64,000 nt of DNA from Octopus sinensis (GCF_006345805.1 NC_043001.1:25110001-25174000), one strand, 5' to 3'; counted from the first letter of the stretch, positions 1 through 11,016 are shown. Translations and numbers: made by a program. The notes: generated by a model from the letters alone, not told the origin.

Positions 1-391
1 TAAAATAATTTCCACGTAACTAAACACTTTTAAACTTCGTATACTGGTAGAATGTATTTATAAAACATCTTTTTCTCTTGGCTTTATTGAGAAAATTCTA
101 TAGTTTGTAAGATATTTGTTGTGTTTTTTTTTCTTCAATTTCTGCAATTTCAACCAATCAATGACGTTTATTTGAGGTGAAAACATTCTGTGCCGTATGA
201 ATATTCCCTCGTTTAAGAAACAGATTGAGTTTATTTACATTTGTGAAGAAAAAAAGATACTCTTCCCCTCACCATTAACCCTAACCCTAAAACAGATTGA
301 AATGCAATAGATCGATACTAGGGTCATAATTATGGGTGACAATTTCATATGACACCGCTAGAAAAAACTGCCTTTCAAACCGATAAGATCC
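1..391 (+). mobile_element. Merlin-like MITE, copy 1 (left end outside window)
   Basis: Homologous to the complete copy at 6394-6793; ends in right TIR AAAAACTGCCTTTCAAACCGATAAGATCC; internal CCCTAA repeats. Confidence 0.8.
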
Positions 392-733
392 TTCGTCTGT
401 ATAGATAATAATAAAATCAATTAAAAGAAACGATAGTTTGTAATCTACACAGTTACTAAAGCCTTCAACTCACTCTTTGAATAATTAGATTCAGCAGCCT
501 TACTCACCTTGATAAATATAGCATTGAGCGATTGTATTGCGTTAAAATACCAGGCATAGACTGCGCACTAGTCGCTTGTCAACGTGACGTCTTTGGTGGC
601 ATCAAATATCCAAACAACAAGATCCTAAGAGAGAACACTTTTTCAGAGTTATCGAATGTTGTTTGCCAACCAAATTCATCATATTTCTTGCACAATTTCG
701 TAAAATGGTTTGATCATTTCAGAATATTTTGAC

Positions 734-879
734 AAGTAGCTTGCTTACGAACCACATGGTTCCGGGTTCAGTCCCACTGCGTGGCACCTTAGGCAAGTGT
801 CTTCTACTATAGCCTCAAGCCAACCAAAGCCTTGTGAGTGGATTTGGTAGGCAGAAACTGAAAGAATCCGTCGTATACA

Positions 880-956
<77 letters not shown>

Positions 957-1127
957 TCCCTCCAACATCGCTTGACAACCGATGCTGGTGTGTTTATGTC
1001 CCTGTAACTTAGCGGTTCGGCAAAAGAGACCGATAGAATAAGTACAAGTCTTACAAAGAATAAGTCCTGGGGTCGATTTGCTCCAGCATGGCCACAGTCA
1101 AATGACTGAAACAAGTAAAAGAGTAAA
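734..1127 (+). mobile_element. SINE family A (tRNA-type head, CORE-like GGCACCTTGGGCAAGTG, internal (GT)n, CR1-like tail)
   Basis: Near-identical copies at 9599, 23232, 33990(-) and 62889; B-box-like GGTTCAGTCCC; tail CAGCATGGCCACAGTCAAATGACTGAAACAAGTAAAAGAG. Confidence 0.85.
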
Positions 1128-1164
1128 TATTTTTTTGTTAGGTTATATTTTCTGGGCGAAATAA

Positions 1165-1380
1165 GGTGGCAAGCTGACAAAATCATTAGCATGCCGGACA
1201 AAATGCTTAGCAGCATTCCGTCCGTCTTTACGTTCCTAATTCAAATTCTGCCGAGGTCGACTTTGCCTCTCATCCTTTCGGGGTCGATAAAATGAATAGC
1301 AATGGAGCACTTGGGTCGAGGTAATCGACTTACCCCACGACCCCCGAAATTGCTGTTCTTGTGCCAAAATTTGAAACTAA
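1165..1380 (+). mobile_element. SINE family C (AAGGCGGCGAGCTGGCAGAA-type head; TTTCATCCTTTCGGGGTCGATAAA body)
   Basis: Homologous to copies at 14201, 18900, 45900, 51060, 55771 and 57010. Confidence 0.8.
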
Positions 1381-1544
1381 TATTTCTGGGCGAAATCCTT
1401 CCTTTGAAATAGAATATCACCCAAAATGATATCTTGTTACTGTTATGATATATTTCTCCGAATTAATCATATTTGTGCCAGTCACTTTGAGCTTGATCTC
1501 CAGATTCAATTCCTCTTCAGTAGTAAGTCCCTTGGACATTACTT

Positions 1545-1786
1545 CCTCGAGTCCAAAGACTCATAGGTCCAGTTGCCCAGTTTTCATAAGTGACCAAGAT
1601 GAGAACATTCCTCCCTGAATGGGAACGCTAGACCGTCAGAGTTGCTCGTCTACAGCTGAATGGACTGGAGCAACGCGAAACGTAGTGTTTTGTTCAAAAA
1701 CATAACGTCCCGCCCAGCCTAGGAATCGAAACCTCAATCTTGCGACCGAAAGTGCAACACCCTGACCACTAGCCCATACGCTTTCG
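1545..1786 (-). mobile_element. SINE family D (tRNA-type head, GTTGCTCCAGTCCACTCAGCTG body)
   Basis: Reverse complement aligns with the copy at 50082-50335. Confidence 0.65.
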
Positions 1787-2394
1787 CCCCCTCCACCATA
1801 ATATTTACATCCAAAAATATATCATCTTGAAGGTTTCTTTTATTTATATATCGTCCCTTGAGGTCTTTCTTTTACCCTTCGAAAAATGGCTCTTGCAGCT
1901 TTTATGCTACACAGCATTCTTGTCCATTTCAACTCACGAATGCAAAGTTAACTATAGTGATTCCTTTGAAGTTATTTCCTGTTTGAATTTGGTGATATGC
2001 ACTCTGAAAATCGAATTTTGCAAAGAATTTTGTCCCAGCTAAATGAAAGATATATTCAGTATCACATGCTGGATAAGATAATCTTGTAATTAACGCCTAC
2101 TTTACAGTCACCAGAAAAATATAAAGTAGAGGTTTACGTGTTTCTTGTATTTCTACAAAGAACTGCGTACATTTCTTACTTATAATGCGAAGCCTAGAAG
2201 CAGTACGTGGAGCAAGCTCTAATATTCCCTACTTAATTTTTTTCGTAACTTCACAACTACTAAAAAAGAAAAAAAAAGAGTGAAACGGCAGTTAACAAGA
2301 TTCAAAATATGAAAAACTTACAACATAATACTGGTCTTATAATATTTAAGCATACCTGTATCTTCAGCATCAATTACAATAGAATGCAATGTCA

Positions 2395-3185
2395 TGAATA
2401 CCTACCTCTGGTCTAGATGCATTATCGAACATCTTAGTGGAAGACTGGCACAGAGCTATTTGCAATGACCTGGGCGATTTGTTTCATATTTTGAAGTTGA
2501 GTATTTTAACTGAATAACTATTGCTTCTCGACTAGTTTCCCCGTTATGACAATATATTAGACTAAAACTCGGGAAAATGGAAAAGTTCCTTCCACCACAT
2601 CGTTCTGGTAGCTCTCTGTCAGATATAAGCACCGAATAATTGTATCCTTATAGAGTGCCACCAAACTACTTTCATAAACAAAAACTCATTTTGCTTACCA
2701 GTTTACCATCTCTTGTAAATGTACCATACTGAATTGACTACACTACTGTAAAAGTTTTCCAATTGCAATGACGAAAATAAGGTGAAGACGTCGAATCTAT
2801 GCAGGGCCGACTCAAGGCGCCGACAACTCAGGCAGTCGCCCGGGGCGCCATGTGCGAGAGAGCGCCAAAGAGGGCGTGTCAGAAACAAGGAAATTTCCAC
2901 GACTGCCAGTTTGTACACGCCGAATTTCAACTTGCCCGGGGCGCCAGCAACCCTAGGCCCGGCCCTGAATCTGTCAGAGTTCTTGGAGACTCACGAGATA
3001 TGGTAAATTTCGTGATGTAATTGTTGTGTATTTCGAGAGGAAAGCATTAGAAATTCATTCATCCCAGGATCTCTTCTGACCGCATAGAAAGATTCCTTGA
3101 GAACTCTTCATTGAATTTGGAAAAGGCAATCATCCAAGTCCGTTCTCTAGAAATTACCCAGAAAAATGCAGAGGTTCACCAATGA
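2395..3185 (+). pseudogene. Degenerate Gypsy-type gag remnant
   Basis: Frameshifted translation EESIRNSFIPG/SDRIERFLENSSLNLEKAIIQVRSLEITQKNAE (~3038-3180) resembles the IRDAFISGL..IRQRLLEN..LDL..A...AR.LE.AQKN motif of metazoan Gypsy gag. Confidence 0.55.
2802..2967. mobile_element. hAT-type MITE inserted in the gag remnant
   Basis: Termini CAGGGCCG.../...CGGCCCTG; imperfect 8-bp TSD AATCTATG/AATCTGTC; GC-rich relative to flanks. Confidence 0.75.
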
Positions 3186-3512
3186 CCTCTTCCTTATCTA
3201 GAGTTGATAATTTAGAGAGCAGATCCTTTGGCTACTGAGTATACTGGTGCCGTCGTGAACAAATGAATTTACAGATTATGTAACTGTTGTGCTGACCCTT
3301 ACCAATACCATCCCTTTTCTCAAGAAAGAACGAAATACACAACTGAAGAAAAAAAATGGACAGTTTTCGCTAAGTACTTCGATAAAAAAAAAACATCATT
3401 GATAACTCTCACTACAACAAAGATAGATCAAGGAAACACCTCAAAAAGCTACAGTCAGCGTTTATATAATTGATAATTATTAATCATTCCATGTAACTAA
3501 ATAATACGAATC

Positions 3513-3695
3513 GGATCTTTTCGGTTTGAACGGCAGTTTTTTCTAGTGGTATCATATGAAATTGTCACCCATAATTATGACCCTAGTATCGATCCATTGC
3601 ATTTCAATCTGTTTTAGGGTTAGGGTTGGCTAGGGGTGGGGGAAGGGTATCTTTTTTCCTTCAGAAATGTAAATAAACCCAATCTGTTTCTTAAC
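3513..3695 (-). mobile_element. Merlin-like MITE, copy 2 (right half only)
   Basis: Starts with TIR GGATCTTTTCGGTTTGAACGGCAGTTTTT and follows the reverse complement of copy 3, including TTAGGG repeats; truncated at ~3695. Confidence 0.8.
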
Positions 3696-3696
3696 A

Positions 3697-4257
3697 TGTT
3701 GGCTCAATCCACGAAGTGGCGCTAGCTTTACAGATCAGGATATCTTCAAGAATCTTTCGCTCCCAATAACCAAAACAGATCTCATTTGTATTTCAGACAT
3801 CCCTGAATATGTCGTTTGTTTATTTGCTGGTGGGGATGGGGGTATGAAAAGGTGCCTTTAAGAGTTTTACCAAACTTGTGTTCCTCTATAACTCTGAGTC
3901 ATAACTTCCTTAAACCATTTATTGACAGAACTTCAAGAGAGATACTACTAGTTATTGACATGAGAGAGATCACCGATAAAGATCTGTTACTACAGAAGTA
4001 GCACTGATTGTCACTGAAAATGTGTGGAATATGAGCGCAATAGTCAGCAAGTCAGAATATTGTCATTCTTGATTCTAGAACAAACGTTCATAAATTATGG
4101 TAAAAACGGAATTGCAATGGAATGTGAGAGAAAGTATTAATCAAAGAATCAAGTGGTGTGACAATAACACACTCATGCAAAGTTACAAATATCTCTAATA
4201 GTGTGTGTGTGCTTGCCTATGTAATTTTCTTGCGATAATCAGACATAATTTCCAACA
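3697..4257. mobile_element. Possible solo LTR
   Basis: TGTTGG...CCAACA inverted termini; begins where MITE copy 2 is truncated; lies next to the gag remnant. TSD unconvincing (AACA/CACA). Confidence 0.3.
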
Positions 4258-4482
4258 CACACACAGGGAGAGAATATCTTTATCAGAGAGTTAAGTAGCG
4301 TAGAATTTTCAGTCAAAGACAAACTGAAGAAACGTCAAAAGTAAACACTTTATAATCTCTTATGGGTTCCAGAAAAAAAACTGTTCAAAGGATGAAGAAT
4401 GCGCCATAAACAATCTCATAATAAACGTTTCAAGTGGAGAAAAGTGACAAGATTTAGTACAATTAGTTGAGAATTATAGAGG

Positions 4483-4805
4483 TGTGGATGTGCAATGGCC
4501 TGGTGGCAGTCGTACGATCGCGGTTTCGATTACCAGACCGGGCGTTGTGAGTGTTTATTGAGCGAAATCACCTAAAATTGCACGTGGCTCCAGTAGAGGG
4601 TGGTGGCGAACCCTGCTGTACTGTTTCACCACAGCTTTCTCACTCTTTCTTCCTGTTTCTGTTGTACCTGTATTTCAAAGGGCCAGCCTTGTCACACTCT
4701 GTGTCATGCTGAATCTCCCCCGAGAGCTACGTTAAGAGCAGGCTGTTCCGTAAATCGGATCAACTGGAACCCTCATCGTCGTAGCCAATGGAGTGCCATT
4801 ACAAA
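4483..4805 (+). mobile_element. SINE family B, tail type 1
   Basis: Head GTGGA.G.GCAATGGCC...GGTTTCGATT.CCAGACCGGGCGTTGTGAGTGTTTATTGAGCG shared with 19343, 19832, 27320 and 47861; unique tail after CTCACTCTTTCTTC. Confidence 0.8.
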
Positions 4806-4939
4806 GTTGGGGTAGGAAGTACGAGGTGGTAGGTTCACCAACATAGGAACTAGTCACACAACAGTAAGATTTCTTTTTATTAATCCTCTGATTTAAGATG
4901 CACAGGAATATTTCCTTGGCGTTCATGCATCTTATATAT

Positions 4940-5802
4940 CAGTGTTTCTCAATCACTTTTTTTGTACCTATTAACCCCTTTTTATTACTATTTGGTTCTG
5001 GTGGACCCCCATAGACATTCAGTGTTTAAAAGCTAGTTTTATAGATACTTCTTTCAAAATTCCTATTTTGTTTTTCACACACTCACTTGTATAGGTTTGT
5101 AATAATACTCAAAGAACGTGTATCAGTTACCGGAAATATGTTAAACTATAGAAAACATTAGACAAAGAAACTTACCGTAATTCTCGAATATAGTCCGCCC
5201 TTGAGTATAATACGCAGGGGATTTTTAGGGGGCTATACCTCTGAAAAACGTAAACCTTGTGTATAATACGCACCCTTTCTCTACTCGAGTCGTGCGTAAT
5301 TAAGCCAGCAGCACCTAGTCGAACAAACACTTCCATGCATGTGTAATACAATAATGGTGATGTTCTTAACTGTTATATGGGAATGTAAATATGTTTGCAA
5401 ATTGTTTTTGTTACATGTCATTCTGTGTTCTGAATACTTTTATTTTAATAAATGTTGCTTACTGCAAGTTATGGATGACTCTTTTATGACTTCATTGCTT
5501 TCAGGCTTAGCTTAAGGTATTTTCGCACCTGACATCACAAAATGCATCTGAATAAACATTGCCGGACAGCAAATCAGACTCGGACATTGCTTGGAAAATA
5601 TTTTTCATTTTTAACCTCGTATATAGGGTAAAATATATAGTACGCACTAGGGATTTTGACCTTTAACTTTTTGGGGGAAAATGTGGATTTACGGTAACTA
5701 TTTCTTGCAATAAATACATCTAAAGTAAAAAAAATTTTTATGGACCCTTTAAATACTGTGGATATCCAAAAATGTTATAAGGACACCGGTTGAGAATCCC
5801 TG
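4940..5802. mobile_element. hAT/Charlie-type MITE carrying a nested MITE
   Basis: Termini CAGTGTTTCTCAATC.../...GGTTGAGAATCCCTG; subterminal GGACCCC-type repeats; AT-rich 8-bp flanks. Confidence 0.65.
5175..5694. mobile_element. pogo/Tigger-type MITE nested in the hAT MITE
   Basis: TA|CCGTAA...TTACGG|TA termini with TA TSD; subterminal GTATAATACGCA repeats. Confidence 0.7.
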
Positions 5803-6393
5803 TTATTATAAGATACACATTCCCCTCATCATCATCATCGCCGACAGTAATTTGGTACTTATGAAAGGAAAGTTTTATATTATTCAGAAAGTATTAAAAC
5901 AATGGCTAAGTAAACGTCTGAAAACAAGTATGAACGTTTAGGACAGACTTATGAAAATGCTTTCGGCAGGCAAATTGATTGTCTGTGCAATAGGGGGGAG
6001 TGAAAAAAGCAACTTTCGAAATTGGTAACCAAGAAACGATATTTTGTTGCGAATTAGGGTTAAAAGATAGGTGTATAAAGAACTTTGCGGTTTAATATTT
6101 TTTTAGGCTCCGCAATTAAAAATTTTTTTAAATCGCTATTTTTGGTTAAATTTTGGATTTCATGGATTATAAGTCGTAACGAATATATATTTCTAAATGG
6201 CAGAATGCAAAACGGTAAATATAGTATCCTTAAGAGGTTGCATACCAAGTTTCAATACAATTGAAAATCTTTAGATTTTGCATTGGCTATAAAGAGAACG
6301 GGAATCCCAGAAAAATGGTGCATTTTCGATGGCTTACAGCTGCAAATCGTATGCTACGGTTGTATGTTGCCACCGAGAATCCTAACACGATTA

Positions 6394-6793
6394 GGATCTT
6401 TTCGGTTTGAACGGCAGTTTTTATCATAATTTCTAGGTAACTAAAAAATTTAAAACTTCGTAGACTGGTAGATTGTGTTAATAAAACATGTTTTTCTCTT
6501 GGCTTTATTGCGAAAATTCTATAGTTTGTAAGATATTTGTTGTTTTTTCTTCAATTTCTGCAATTTCAACCAATCACTGACGTCCATTGAGTTAAACAAC
6601 ATTCTGTGCCGTATGAATATGTCCCTCGTTTAAGAAACAGATTTGGTTTATTTACATACCTTTCCCCCACCCCTAACCAATCCTAACCCTAAAATAGATT
6701 GAAATGCAATTGATCGATACTAGGGTCATAATTAAGGGTGACAATTTCATATGACACCGCTAGAAAAAACTGCCGTTCAAACCGAAAAGATCC
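6394..6793 (+). mobile_element. Merlin-like MITE, copy 3 (complete, 400 bp)
   Basis: 29-bp TIRs GGATCTTTTCGGTTTGAACGGCAGTTTTT / AAAAACTGCCGTTCAAACCGAAAAGATCC; perfect 8-bp TSD CACGATTA (6386-6393, 6794-6801). GG termini plus 8-bp TSD fit the Merlin superfamily. Confidence 0.85.
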
Positions 6794-6869
6794 CACGATT
6801 AAATTAATTGTTGCAACCGGTGTCCAATGTAGTTCACAATTAAATGCAACTCTTCCTCGGAAAAATGAG

Positions 6870-7825
6870 GCTCTAAATGTGTTCAAGACGATCTATGGGA
6901 GCCTACGTCAGCGCCGACGTATGTGATCTAATTGGATTATACATCCTGGACACCTTAGATGAGAAATTTCATTCGGTCCTCTTCAGTTTCTACAGGAATG
7001 ACACTCTAGCCCTCTCTAGAGGAGCCAACGGGCACATACCCGTTAGGCTTAGAAAGGACCTGATTAGCACCCTAGGCTTCATGGGACTCAAAATTGCTAT
7101 CGAGATAAATATCGCTACAGTAGACTTTCTAGATGTTATTCTAGACTTGGACTCCGGTACACACAGGCCCTATTGCAAGCCAAACGAGAGACTATCCTAT
7201 ATCAACACAGCCTCCTGCCCACCCCTTATCGTATTCAAGAACCTAGTGAAGGGTGTCAGCAAGAGGATCTCGAATTTATCCTCTAGTCAAGATATCTTCG
7301 ATACCGCTGACCTCTACTACAATGAGGCACTGACATCCAGCGGGTTTTAAGGACTGCATTTCCTATATGCCAGGTTCTAGCACTGACAAGAGGAAGCGCC
7401 GCCGAAACGTCGTTTGGTTTTCCCCACCATTCCCACTCAACGCCAAGACTTGTGTGCGAAGGATATTCCTCAGGTTAATCGACAAACACTTCACGCAGAC
7501 ACACAGGTACGGACGTTTATTCAACAGGTACAACCTAATGATCTCCTTATGTTGTGCACCCAACATGAAAAGTATATTAGCAAATACCCATAAAACACGG
7601 GAGGAGGCAGGATGCTCTTGCAGGGTGTACAATGACTGCCCAGTGGGAGACCAATGTGAAGCCGAGGGAGTCATCTATGGAGTTGTGGTCATACCCAGGC
7701 CTAGCGACCACAGTAATAGCAGTAACGGATCATCCAACGGCATCGGAGGCAGCGACAGCAGAAAAATACCACCACTGATGCCAACGACCCCAGTACCAGC
7801 ACTACGGCCGGAGAAGGTGAAAATG
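6870..7825 (+). mobile_element. Penelope-like element copy 1: RT C-terminal half, thumb, Cys linker, GIY-like motif and start of the S/N/T-rich loop (decayed)
   Basis: ORFs 6877-7350 (MGAYVSADVCDLIGLYIL, YRNDTL, DFLDVILDL, RPYCKPN) and 7367 onward (RRRNVVWFSPPF, LIDKHF, CSCRVYNDCPVGDQC, EGVIY) are typical PLE RT and linker motifs; homologous to 20570-21400(-). Confidence 0.85.
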
Positions 7826-7837
7826 GTTCAGGTTATT

Positions 7838-8270
7838 ATACCCTCAATTCTGGAGCCAGCGGTATTATCTGGGAAGATAGTGATGGGAAGAGACCTGATG
7901 CTCTTACCCTCTAATCTTGGGTGAGAGGTAGGTGCTTCATCTGGGACGCCACAGTCTGTGACTCTTTTTCTCCCTCCCACATCCTGGATGCTACGGTAAA
8001 TGGGAGGATCACTGCTTCCGTAGCCGAACAGAACAAAACCCTGAAGTATCGGGCCCTGTCAGTGAACTATCTCTTCCAGTCTGTGGCATTTGAGACGTTT
8101 GGAGGGGCTAGGCAGCTAACGGTGAATTTCTTGTCATCGTTGACAGCTCGCCTTACCGAGGTGTCAGGTGATGCCCGTGAGGGTGCCTAGCTATTCCAAC
8201 GCCTTAACCTCACCACCACCCGTGGTAATGCAGTGAGCGTATTGGCTTCCTTTAGTAGGTTCCGTTAAAC
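7838..8270 (+). mobile_element. CRE-clade-like restriction-like endonuclease (RLE) domain, decayed
   Basis: IPSILEP../DGKRPDALTL*SWVRGRCFIWDATVCD...AEQNKTLKY...FQSVAFETFG...SGDAREGA*LFQRLNLTTTRGNA matches the PD..D RLE C-terminus of CRE-type non-LTR elements. Confidence 0.8.
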
Positions 8271-8333
8271 TTTGTGGTATACAACATTGATGGGGTTTTT
8301 TTTTACCCTTTTTTTTTTTACTTTTGTAAAATA

Positions 8334-8775
8334 GGATCATTTCGGTTTGAACGGCAGTTTTTTCTAGCGGTGTCATATGAAATTGTCACCCATAATTATG
8401 ACCCTAGTATCGATCTATTGCATTTCAATCTGTTTTAGGGTTAGGATTAGTTAGGGTTAGCTAGGGTTAGGATTAGGGGTGGAGGGAAGGGTATCTTTTT
8501 TCTTCACAAATGTAAATAAACCCAATCTGTTTCTTAAACGAGGGACATACTCATACGGCACAGAATGTGTTCACCTCAATAGACGTCATTGATTGGTTGA
8601 AATTGCAGAAATTGAAGAAAAAAGACAACAAATATCTTACAAACTATAGAATTTTCTCAATAAAGCCAAGAGAAAAAGATGTTTTATAAACACATTCTAC
8701 CTTTATACGAAGTTTAAAAGTGTTTAGTTACGTGGAAATTATTTTTAAAAACTGCCGATCAAACCGAAAATATCC
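8334..8775 (-). mobile_element. Merlin-like MITE, copy 4 (both ends, expanded TTAGGG-like tract)
   Basis: Both TIRs present (slightly degenerate); reverse complement of copy 3; no clear TSD. Confidence 0.85.
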
Positions 8776-9188
8776 CGTCTTAAAAAATTTCTCTGTGAGG
8801 CGCTGGCCATGAGATTAGATATATGTAATGTTTTCAAGGTATCCATCCGTAGAGCAAGGGATTCATTATGTAAGGGATATTTGTTTGTTATATACTATGA
8901 CTGTTATATTATGCATTGTACCTTTTCGGGATGCTCAGTTTTAGTGTTGACTTATATATAATAGTTATGCATTCTTAAAAAGTGTTTTGCTAAAATATCT
9001 AGGATAAATATTTACGTTTATACTCAAATTATTGACTTTAGTGGGGTGGAGCGGTTAACAATTACGAAAGATGCGTTTTCAATCTATTGGTCAAGGGAAA
9101 TAACTCTGCTTTTCTTGTAACAGTCGCTTTCCTTGCTTTATAAGAGAAACCATTTTCTGTTAATAATTCATGAGATACTCGCTGTTCT

Positions 9189-9192
<4 letters not shown>

Positions 9193-9272
<80 letters not shown>

Positions 9273-9275
9273 ATT
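9193..9275. repeat. (TA)n microsatellite
   Basis: Direct reading; many more (TA)n tracts, e.g. 9490-9598, 27607-27757, 48175-48250, 57955-58085. Confidence 0.95.
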
Positions 9276-9361
9276 AATGTTTGTTTCTTATGCTCATTAT
9301 AATAAAAGTAATTTTACATTTATCTGATGGTTACTGTTTACTTTTGTAGAATACAAATTTA

Positions 9362-9486
9362 TTCTTATACAAAAATGCTGTTGACAGTGACTTTGAAGTT
9401 TTAGCCAACTAAGCCATCATCAGACTGCCAGCAAGGTTTAGCTGGCTGAAACTTCAAAGACACTGTCAACAACATTCTTGTGTAAG

Positions 9487-9488
<2 letters not shown>
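9362..9488. repeat. ~127-bp palindrome containing a hammerhead-like core
   Basis: ~55-bp arms TTCTTATACAAAAATGCTGTTGACAGTG...AAGCC and their reverse complement; minus strand reads CTGATGATGGCTTAGTTGGCTAAAAC, and the other arm keeps GCTGAAAC. Confidence 0.75.
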
Positions 9489-9526
<38 letters not shown>

Positions 9527-9550
9527 AAGTCAAATTGCAATAAAATAAAA

Positions 9551-9598
<48 letters not shown>

Positions 9599-9601
<3 letters not shown>

Positions 9602-9944
9602 CGCAGGAGTGGCTGTGTGGTAAGTAGCTTGTTTACCAGCCTTGGGCCGACCAAAGCCTTGTGAGTGGATTTGGTAGACGGAAACTGAAAGAAGTCCGTC
9701 GTATATATGTATATATATATATGCGTGTGTGTGTTTGTGTGTCTGTGTTTGTCCCCCTAGCATTGCTTGACAACCGATGCTGGTGTGTTTATGTCCACGT
9801 TACTTAGCGGTTCGGCAAAAGAGACCGATAGAATAAGTACTGGGCTTACAAAAGAATAAGTCCCGGGGTCGAGTTGCTCGACTAAAGGCGGTGCTCCAGC
9901 ATGGCCGCAGTCAAATGACTGAAACAATTAAAAGAGTAAAAGAG
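9599..9944 (+). mobile_element. SINE family A (head internally deleted) flanked by (TA)n
   Basis: GGCGCAGGAGTGGCTGTGTGGTAAG head; tail GGCGGTGCTCCAGCATGGCCGCAGTCAAATGACTGAAAC. Confidence 0.85.
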
Positions 9945-9996
9945 TATATATATATATATAACAAAGTTGAGTTGTGGGGTATCGCACGAGTGGAAT

Positions 9997-10700
9997 TATA
10001 TACAAAAGAAGGTTTGAAAATGCAATTTAAAAGATGTTTATTTACTTAACCGGTTTCACTCTTTGGAAAAAGATTGTCAAAAGTAATATATGGAAGTTTG
10101 GTTGCGTTAATTATTGGTTGTTGCAAATTGCCACATTACATGTATATATACAGTCTTTGGTAACAGGGACATGTTAAGGACATAAAAAAGTACAACAGTA
10201 TGATGAGAATATTTGAAAAAATGGGCAGAAAAGATTTAAACAAATATATTATACATCTCAGGGTAATTTCCAGGAGGAAATATCAAAAAAAGTTCAGTAC
10301 AGAATATTATGAATTCAAAAAAATTTACATAATTGCCACATTACATGTATATATACAGTCTTTGGTAACAGGGACATGTTAAGGACATAAAAAAATACAA
10401 CAGTATGATGAGAATATTTGAAAAAATGGGCAGAAAAGAATAAAACAAATATATTATTGGAAGTTTGGTTGCGTTAATTATTGGTTGTTGCAAATTGCCA
10501 CATTACATGTATATATACAGTTTTTGGTAACCATAGACTGTTACCAAAGACTGTATATATACATGTAATGTGGCAATTTGCAACAACCAATAATTAACGC
10601 AACCAAACTTCCATATGTTACTTTTGACAATCTTTTTCCAAAGAGTGAAACCAGTTAAGTAAATAAACATCTTTTAAATTGCATTTTCAAACCTTCTTTC

Positions 10701-10705
<5 letters not shown>
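9997..10705. repeat. Complex tandem plus inverted repeat, PLE pseudo-LTR-like
   Basis: ~9997-10166 is inverted at ~10538-10705; ~10127-10250 recurs directly at ~10332-10457; ~10091-10163 recurs at ~10458-10531. Confidence 0.8.
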
Positions 10706-10739
<34 letters not shown>

Positions 10740-10742
<3 letters not shown>

Positions 10743-10930
10743 CTCTCCTTTTTTCTCTCCTTTTTTTCTCTCCTTTTTTCTCTCCTTGTTTTTTCTGTGT
10801 CCCTTTCTGTAGAAGAGCGTAGGCTCGAAACATAAAAGACTTTTTCTATTCCTGAGCATTATACCTAATACATCTGATTGTTTTGTACACCACCTGTCTT
10901 TGTCTTTTGTTTTTTTCGTAAACTCTCCCT
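10740..10930 (+). mobile_element. ~200-bp (TA)n-embedded element with hammerhead-like motif (family H1)
   Basis: CTGTAGAAGAGCGTAGGCTCGAAAC at 10807-10831; homologous copies at 21976-22160(+) and 26301-26512(-), each bounded by (TA)n. Confidence 0.7.
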
Positions 10931-11016
10931 ATATATATATATATATGTGTGTGTGTTGTGTGTGTGTATATAGAGAGAGAGGTGGGGAGAAGAGGTCATG
11001 TTGTGTGTATGTACAG

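Noticed and set aside
8436-8480. Telomere or telomere-fusion site
   Set aside because: Short degenerate tract internal to a MITE, present at the same position in all four copies.
6394-8775. Composite transposon carrying the PLE-RLE cassette
   Set aside because: The left MITE has its own perfect 8-bp TSD and no shared TSD flanks the outer ends, so the copies inserted independently.
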